This document shows, in pieces, positions 57,925-64,000 of a stretch of DNA of 64,000 nt. The notes below the pieces were generated by a model that saw nothing but the letters and a program-made list of their open reading frames with translations, was not told the DNA's origin and did not search any database. The translations under genes were made by a program, and so were the position numbers. The stretch comes from Paraspadella gotoi (Eukaryota > Animalia > Chaetognatha): positions 7,898,632 to 7,962,631 of the forward strand of contig CM119268.1 of NCBI GenBank assembly GCA_051294375.1, read 5' to 3'. Position 1 is the stretch's first letter; each line of letters begins with the position of its first letter.

Positions 57925-58180
57925 CAACAGTCAAAAAATGCGGCGAGTTGGTCGATTGATTCGATTTTCTTCACTCATGGTCCTTGGCAAATTTCCATCC
58001 GCAGCTCGATGACGTCTTTTGTTTAACGTAATTGTGGCGTTTTTTCAGTAATCTTGCTTAGCTAATGCGATTGATTTATATCCGTTGTTAGGAAAGCTTT
58101 TTCTTGTATTTTAAAATCAAACGGAGATATGGTAGGAAATATAAAAAAGAAAGTTATGAAAAAAATATATATTTAATTCT

Positions 58181-58321
58181 TACATACTGTTTTTTAAAGA
58201 ATATTTTAAAATATTTTGATTGGTTCAAAAAACTTTTCAGACAGATTCCAGTATGAAAATATTATACTTTCGTATTTATCTCTGCTAGTTGTCAAACTAC
58301 TGCTAAAGTACGATGACATAA
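58181..58321 (+). ncRNA. Candidate intronic H/ACA snoRNA (no target identified)
   Basis: Stem CATACTG/CAGTATG (58183-58255), ANANNA hinge, stem TCGTATTT/AAAGTACGA with inner TAGTT/AACTA, ACA at 58316; lies upstream of the acceptor at 58362. Confidence 0.4.
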
Positions 58322-59001
58322 ATAAAAACTTCATTTATACGTTTGTTTTTAAATTTCTTCAGATCCTGCATCTTCTATCAGACTAACCAACCAACTGAGA
58401 AACTGCAGCAAAATCATAAAGACTTACCTTTCCGAGATCGAGTCTTGTTGACCAATCACGAAACGAGAAACAGATCCTGACTCTTGCTCCTTATCTACAT
58501 GGGCGAAATGAATAAATTCCAGTTGGATAAAGGATAAAATAATTTTATACTAAAGTTTTCTGTATTATTTTTAATTAACAATGCTGATGTGATAATAAAA
58601 ATTAATATTATGTTTATCATAATATTAATAATCGGCAAATTGCAGTTCTTTGCTCATTTGTTTCCCGCCACTTTCTTCTCAGCGACATCTGACGATCGAC
58701 GAGTTAAACATCAGACATAAAGAGAATCACGTGGCATCTCCTGCCTCGCCGGCTTCGGGTTCCTCCTCGCTTGGCCTGCGGCAATCCGCATTCCTCTTCC
58801 AAGCGTTTCGTCCACGAGGTGAAAGCGTGAGAGACCATTGATCACTCTTCGCTTCAACTCTATACTTTTTAGATTATTTTTTTTTCTCGTCGATCACAAG
58901 CATTTGACGCAATGATTCAAGCTGCTTCAAGCATCATCCGGCTTCAGTTCAGACTCTTAATCAGGTAAGTTTAAAACATGAGTTTGTGCATCCTTAATCT
59001 C

Positions 59002-59065
59002 GTATCTGATGAGCTTTTACCGCCCCAGTCTGAGTTGAAATGACTGAGTGGTCTTATTCTGATTT
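59002..59065 (+). ncRNA. SNORD31: Box C/D snoRNA, U31/SNORD31 (snR67-type) copy 1
   Basis: C box TGATGA at 59007, guide ACCGCCCCAGT plus D' CTGA at 59030, D box CTGA at 59059. The guide is antisense to the LSU P-loop ACUGGGGCGGU; the D'+5 position gives the E. coli Gm2251-equivalent G. Confidence 0.88.
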
Positions 59066-59232
59066 TTCTACGTTTCGTTTTCAGAAACGCCTAATAAACG
59101 TGAAGATCACTAAAATCACTGTATTTATTTTTAGTTTGGATTGTTCCTTGGCTCTCCACGGCCATAATCGCACGTGTTGGGGTCCGACCTAAAAGGTACA
59201 ATATTAGTTGTAACATATTAACTCTTCTAAAT

Positions 59233-59294
59233 GGTTAATGATGAATTATACCGCCCCAGTCTGAGTAATATGATTGACTGGTTACCCCTGAAAT
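59233..59294 (+). ncRNA. SNORD31: Box C/D snoRNA, U31/SNORD31 copy 2
   Basis: ATGATGA at 59238, ATACCGCCCCAGT-CTGA (D' at 59261), C'-like ATGATT, D box CTGA at 59288; 73 nt upstream of the 3' splice site. Confidence 0.9.
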
Positions 59295-59542
59295 TTTTAT
59301 ATTAGAGTAAATCTTTTTCTTTGACTCCACCTTGTTGCTCATTAAGAATATAAATTTTATTTAGGTTAATGCCACGGACTTATCGCCATCCTATCGTGTT
59401 CGATACAAATTTACTTTGAGAAGTTGATGGTAAGTAAAGCAATTCTCGGAGTTATTCTAGGAAAGATCAATGATTTATTTCAAATATTTTTTAACGCTTA
59501 TACAAGCGTTTTTTTAATTTTTTTTCGTACACCGTAAGCATA

Positions 59543-59607
59543 TTGATATGATGACCATATACCGCCCCAGGCTGAGAAAAATGATTGAGTGGTTTAAAAT
59601 CTGAATT
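59543..59607 (+). ncRNA. SNORD31: Box C/D snoRNA, U31/SNORD31 copy 3
   Basis: ATGATGA at 59548, ATACCGCCCCAGG-CTGA (D' at 59572), D box CTGA at 59601; 71 nt upstream of the 3' splice site. Confidence 0.9.
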
Positions 59608-59791
59608 TTAAAAAAAATCATCGGGTAGCTTACAAAGCTAAGAATCGGTTTAATTAATTTTGAATTCTTTTTCAGATTTGTGCCAAACAACAAGCTTCAT
59701 ATCGGCCTTTATGTGCAGACTGCTGTCAGAATTATTTGTTTGTCAAAGTAAGTTAATGAAGTTTTATTTATTATTATTAGTTATTAGTAAA

Positions 59792-59874
59792 GTAAAGTGA
59801 TGATTTTCATCCGTTCTCTGAGCAGCCGTTTTGGTACTAGTGATGCTTATTGTAACGAGGCATTTGTCTGAGAA
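59792..59874 (+). ncRNA. SNORD15: Box C/D snoRNA, U15/SNORD15-type D guide with a second D' guide
   Basis: GTGATGA at 59797, D' CTGA at 59818, C' GTGATG, D box CTGA at 59868. The D guide ACGAGGCATTTG is antisense to LSU CAAAUGCCUCGU (yeast Am2281-equivalent). Confidence 0.85.
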
Positions 59875-60009
59875 CAGTTTCACTGGAAATTGTAACGTCG
59901 TTACATTCCCTATCTAATACGATTTTATTTTTTTTTTTCAGATTTTATTCCAATGAATACGTCGTTTTTTCCATTTAATATTGGTAAGTCCCTCGTTATC
60001 AATATACTA

Positions 60010-60136
60010 CAGAGGCCAGAGTCATTAGTAGATTTATTGTAGTCTACTGATGCTAAGGTTCTCTAAAAGCAAGTTTCTGTCACCTATCCACCGCTGTTGT
60101 CTATAATTTCGGCGGTCACGAGTAGGCCGAACAGTA
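60010..60136 (+). ncRNA. SNORA3: Box H/ACA snoRNA, ACA3/SNORA3 homolog
   Basis: Two hairpins, H box AAAGCA at 60066, ACA at 60131 followed by 3 nt. Pocket 1 (AGAGTC / GCT) fits LSU AGC-Psi-U-GACUCU. Pocket 2 (CACCTATCC / CAC) fits GUG-Psi-A-G(G/A)AUA(G/A)GUG. These are the two sites guided by vertebrate ACA3. Confidence 0.8.
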
Positions 60137-60286
60137 ATTTAAAAACGATTTACTTATCAATCAATTTAACGCTTAATTTATTCGTTTTAGGAATTGTTCT
60201 CCGACGAAACGCTGAATCCTACGCATCGTGCTGTCACAGCCATTTTGTAAGTTGGTTGGATTTATTAGCAATGTTTTTCTTAGGAT

Positions 60287-60352
60287 TTTCTATGATGCTC
60301 ATCCAGTTCTGCTACTGAACCAATATTGATGTCAATTTTACCATTCTGAATT
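60287..60352 (+). ncRNA. SNORD38: Box C/D snoRNA, U38/SNORD38 (snR61-type)
   Basis: Variant C box ATGATGC at 60292, D box CTGA at 60346. The guide CCAGTTCTGCTA-CTGA (D' at 60315) is antisense to LSU AGCAGAACUGG (yeast Am1133-equivalent). Confidence 0.85.
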
Positions 60353-60503
60353 TTCAAATTCATGCGTTTTTCGCCAAATACCGTGTGAATATTTCCTAAC
60401 TTTCTGCATTTTTATTCAGGTTTACTTGCCGTAAATAATCTTATTTGGACGCCCAAAAACCTTGGTAAGTTATGGTTTCAAATGTTTTCCATTAATTATT
60501 TAG

Positions 60504-60663
60504 GCACAGATCAGCTCCGACGAAATCTTTTCATGGTTTCGCCGGCGTTTCCTCCTGTGCAGATCAACGTCCTCGCATGGGCCGAGTCTGAACAACTCGC
60601 GCGCGACCGCTATCCCAGGCTTTGGCCCTCGCGGCCGCCTGCGGACGAAGTATCGCAACATTC
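60504..60663 (+). ncRNA. Box H/ACA snoRNA, ACA10/snR37-like
   Basis: Hairpin GCACAG...CTGTGC, H box AGATCA at 60561, a long second hairpin, and ACA at 60658. The 5' pocket (CAGCT / CGTTTCC) fits LSU GGGAACG-Psi-G-AGCUG (yeast Psi2944-equivalent). Confidence 0.75.
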
Positions 60664-60839
60664 CATTTTTTTCTCCTGCTTTTACTTTTTTTTAATAATT
60701 TAAGAAAATTCATTCAAATTTTCTTTCCTTTTAGGACAACTGCTATACGATTAAGCGAGAGACCTTCGTTCTTTGACGACGGTAAGTTTCCGGTAAAGAA
60801 TTCGTTGAAAGACTTTCTGATTTTAGTATAAATGAGGCC

Positions 60840-60964
60840 TATTATGATGAAAAGCTCCCTCGTTATAGTCGGCATTCCTTAAGCTGGAGCCCGAAAGGGC
60901 GAGAACCCACCAGTTGGAATGTCGGCTTTGAATAATAACCTGTGAATACGTAACCTGACGTAAT
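60840..60964 (+). ncRNA. SNORD22: U22/SNORD22-like processing box C/D snoRNA
   Basis: ATGATGA at 60844, D box CTGA at 60955, terminal ATTA/TAAT. A long internal stem (AGTCGGCATTCC/GGAATGTCGGCT) encloses CTGGAGCCCGAAAGGGCGAGAACCCACCAG, which resembles the U22 core CAGAGCCUGUAAAGGUGAACCCACUG as recalled. Confidence 0.7.
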
Positions 60965-61521
60965 CCTATTTTACTATTAAGCAGTATATTGTAAATTTAG
61001 TGATCTAATATTGTAATTTTTCTTTTCAGTTTTTGGCGATTCCCAAGGCAAAATACGTGACGCGCGAGGTAAATCTGCTTTCTTTTGATATAGATTTTTT
61101 TGGCTTCATTTATTTAATTGATTAGTTTTAGATTAATTAACAATCTTTTGTCATCGTATAACTTTCTCGAACTCTGTTCAATGAAATAGAATTTTCATGC
61201 TTTATCTTCAATTTTCATTAATCGATACATAATACTCAGACCGATATCAGTTTTATAACATGGATTAATTTATAGGCTATTACCGGCCTTCGCTCAAATT
61301 CAGCAATGCAAATCGCTTTCCAAACACGTATTCCTTCTTCCAAATGTTTGGCCGAAAATGAAAATTCTTGTTCGAAGGCTGTGAAACACTAGGCAGTCCT
61401 TTAAACAATTCAGCCTTTGTACGACAAGTTTCATCGAGTAGGCTTATTTGACCGTCGAGTTCGCGAACGACCAATGCAAATTAAAAAACAAAATATCGTT
61501 ATGACCGTTTGACTCGAGCCA

Positions 61522-61596
61522 CGTAATTTCCGGGGCTGTCGGTAGTAACCAATTTGATTGGATATCATTCTACTAGCGACCGGCTTTCGAGTTACG
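61522..61596 (+). promoter_or_regulatory. Pri-miRNA-like hairpin upstream of the DGCR8 start codon
   Basis: Hand fold gives ~28 bp: CGTAATTT/GAGTTACG, GGGGCTG/CGGCTTTC, TCG/CGA, TAGTA/TACTA, CCAAT/ATTGG. It ends ~45 nt before the ATG. Confidence 0.5.
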
Positions 61597-61640
61597 CCGC
61601 TCATTTAACCTCCGCGACAGTATTAAGCTGTAAGTCAAAA

Positions 61641-63683
61641 ATGGCGTCCGACGACGTGCTCTCTCAATCTCGCCCTTTATCGCCGTCCGACTTCCTTTAC
61701 CCGGTCGACGACCCCAAAGATTTGGAGTCGGACCCCAACGCTTCCGCCAACCGTTCTTTGGATCAATCCTTCGGTCAGGATCAACTCTTCGGGGATAATG
61801 CTGGATCCTTCGATCCGTTTACCGACCCGTTCCAAGATTTGAGTCCTCCCTACCAATTGGAAAACGGTCCTGTCAATTTAAAACGTCCTTTTGAAACAGG
61901 TTAATTATAATATTTTTTCATTTTGATGCATTATTTTTTAAAGATTTTTTTTAATAAAAGTGTAAGTTTGTGAGATGTTTAGTGTTGAAGTAGCAGCGCC
62001 AGTTAATGTATTCGCCATGGGTGAGACGAGGGATCGACTAATTGAATATACAATATCGCGGAGGTTAGAGGTGAAGTTCGTGAATACTGATGAGCGAAAG
62101 TTTCTGCTCGAGGGCAGCGCAAAGAATATTGGCTATGGGGCAAAAGCGCCGAATTTATTTTCAGAAAAGCAAGGTTGGAATTGGATAACAAATTTTTATT
62201 CATAATTTTCTTACAATGCTGTATGGCTATACGGCTATGTCTTACCCATCAAACTCCAGGTCTTAGTTTTGACAATTCGGCGTTTAATCCAGAATTTTTA
62301 CGCCTGGAAAACCGATCCGATGCCGACGACAGCGAAGGAGGCGACAAAGGCAGCGACGACGATGACTTTTACGACGTTTCCTCCAGCTTAGGTAAGGCGT
62401 TGGGAGATATGCGTTAATTGTAGCTTAACTTTGACATAAATTGTTAACCTCGCTTCCAATTCTCGAAATCAGGGCCTCCGGTGAAACGACGTTCGGTCCT
62501 TCTCCCCGAGGAAGACGCCTCCGGCCTTTACGATGGCCTCGATGAGGCCGATACATCGCGGGCGGACGATTCGGTTGCCAAAGGTTCGTCGCTGAATGAT
62601 GATTCCTTGGTTCAACTTGCTTGAATCGACTCTCACGTTAACTCGTCTTTTTCAGAAGGTACCGACGCCGGCGAGATGGAATTGGAAGACCAGTCTTCGG
62701 AGGAAGAAGAGGCTGATAATGGGGAAGGTACGATTTTTCAAACAATTATACAGCCGAGTCGTCTTAACTCGGGCCTTACTTGCATTAACCGTAAAAACAT
62801 AGCCGGATTATCGCCCGTTTTAGGTTCCACCAAAAAGCCAACTGAGCGAAAAGAAAGGGAACAAATTCCCAAGGATCTCGAGTATTCCGTCGACTTCGAA
62901 GAAATCGATAACCTTTTGGATCAGGGGCTAGAGAAAGGGGTCAAGTCTTACAGGTTATTTTTTTGTGTAGACTTCAGTTTTAACCAATAATTTTTGCTGT
63001 ACCTCGATTGTATTAAAAAAAAAATTCATTCCCAATCAGACGGAAAGCCGACGGAAAAATAGTTGACGTGCGAACTCGTTATACTTTGGTTCATCTCGGC
63101 AAAGACCCGTTCGAGGTGCTGCCTGACGGTTGGATCGAGCTGACACACGAGAGCGGCATGCCAATTTACCTGCATCGGCGAACCCGAGTCTGCTGGTAAG
63201 CTTTTCTTTGTCATTTGGTAATTTTGGATAATTAAGTAACCACAGCCGTCCTAAGCCACGTGCGAGATGGCTTAAATTAATCCTTTTGTACTAATCTTAT
63301 TCGGTAGTTATTTAAATTAAGATCATTGTACCCATTTACAGCTTGTCGAAACCGTACTCCATCGGACGAGGGTCTACTCGCAAGCACGAGCTTCCAATCA
63401 GCGCCGTTCCCTGCTTTCAATACCGCCAAGCTCTCAAGCAGCGCGAAGAAATGAAGGAGCGCGCCAATGGTATTCCTAATTATTGACTTATTACGTCACA
63501 AGGGTAATATTTGTTCAACATAATTGTTCACTTGTCTTAGGCGCGACCGACGTGTTGACGATCCAAGAACCAGGCAAAACGGACGTGGTTCCCGTCATTC
63601 GAAATCCGCCCGAAGCGGGCGTCGCCGACAAAACTTCTCCCAAAGAAAAACTATCGACCTCTGGTGCTGCGGAAACTGCTGAG
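61641..63683 (+). CDS. DGCR8: Microprocessor subunit DGCR8/Pasha, 5' part (gene continues beyond the window)
   Basis: Exons 61641-61899, 62260-62391, 62473-62583, 62656-62727, 62803-62953, 63040-63195, 63342-63469 and 63541-63683 splice in phase. They encode [11 protein letters not shown] and the WW/heme-binding (Rhed) region [59 protein letters not shown], with the heme-ligand Cys (VPC) retained. Confidence 0.92.
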
Positions 63684-64000
63684 GTAAGATAGATTAATCT
63701 TCACTACTATTTTTCCGCCGACGATGCTTCGGGGATCTAGGGAAAACTGGATCCGGCGAGGACCCTCGACGAATTCTCCTCTCGTGAAACACGATTGGCT
63801 TTTCGTCGATTCGCTAACCCTAAATTTAATTACCCACTTAATGCTACGACCCTTAGACGAGTTTTTCCATTTCCTTTCTCGTCCTTTTCCCCCCCCTTTT
63901 TAAAAAAAGGAAAGTGGGGTCTTGGCCGGTCCTAATTTTCCCTGTCCCGTCTCCCCTTTCGGCTCATTACCTTTTCCGCCGCGGCTCGGAATGTCCCAGT

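Larger units (their letters stand above)
58791..61068 (+). ncRNA. Non-coding multi-snoRNA host gene (UHG/GAS5-like)
   Basis: Short exons with no shared ORF: ~58791-58818, 58873-58964, 59135-59195, 59365-59429, 59676-59747, 59942-59983, 60191-60246, 60420-60464, 60735-60781, 61030-~61068. Each of eight consecutive GT-AG introns holds one snoRNA. A pyrimidine-tract start (TTCCTCTTCC) lies at 58791. The 5' and 3' ends are uncertain. Confidence 0.85.

Noticed and set aside
61030-61641. Functional coupling of the snoRNA host and DGCR8 because they are adjacent
   Set aside because: Proximity alone is not evidence; no shared transcript is visible.
62086-62116. Hammerhead-like CTGATGAGC...GCTCGAGG in DGCR8 intron 1
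   Set aside because: GAGG replaces the required GAAA, and no stems I/III are evident.

Overview
Animal (invertebrate-type metazoan) genomic DNA from a draft assembly. It has many N gaps, AG/GAC/GAAA microsatellites and error-rich gap-fill segments that appear to create false tandem duplications. Most six-frame ORFs are microsatellite or N artefacts. Four spliced protein genes can be reconstructed by hand: an intron-rich Six3/6 (optix) homeobox gene (+, ~22.4-32.8 kb), an SPSB3-family SPRY-SOCS box gene (-, 44.4-50.1 kb), a divergent innexin/pannexin-family channel (-, 54.9-57.3 kb) and the 5' part of DGCR8/Pasha (+, from 61641), which has a pri-miRNA-like hairpin just upstream of its ATG. The two most striking non-coding systems are: (1) a 644-bp miniature LTR element (TRIM; 4-bp TSD, tRNA-Trp PBS, PPT) whose LTRs each carry a tRNA-Gly-like Pol III cassette, plus a solo LTR in the innexin gene; and (2) a compact non-coding 5'TOP-type host gene (~58.8-61.1 kb) with eight intronic snoRNAs: three U31 copies, a U15-like dual guide, ACA3, U38, an ACA10-like RNA and a U22-like RNA. 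MITE/foldback elements and a SINE are also present. All homology calls come from remembered motifs; no searches were run.
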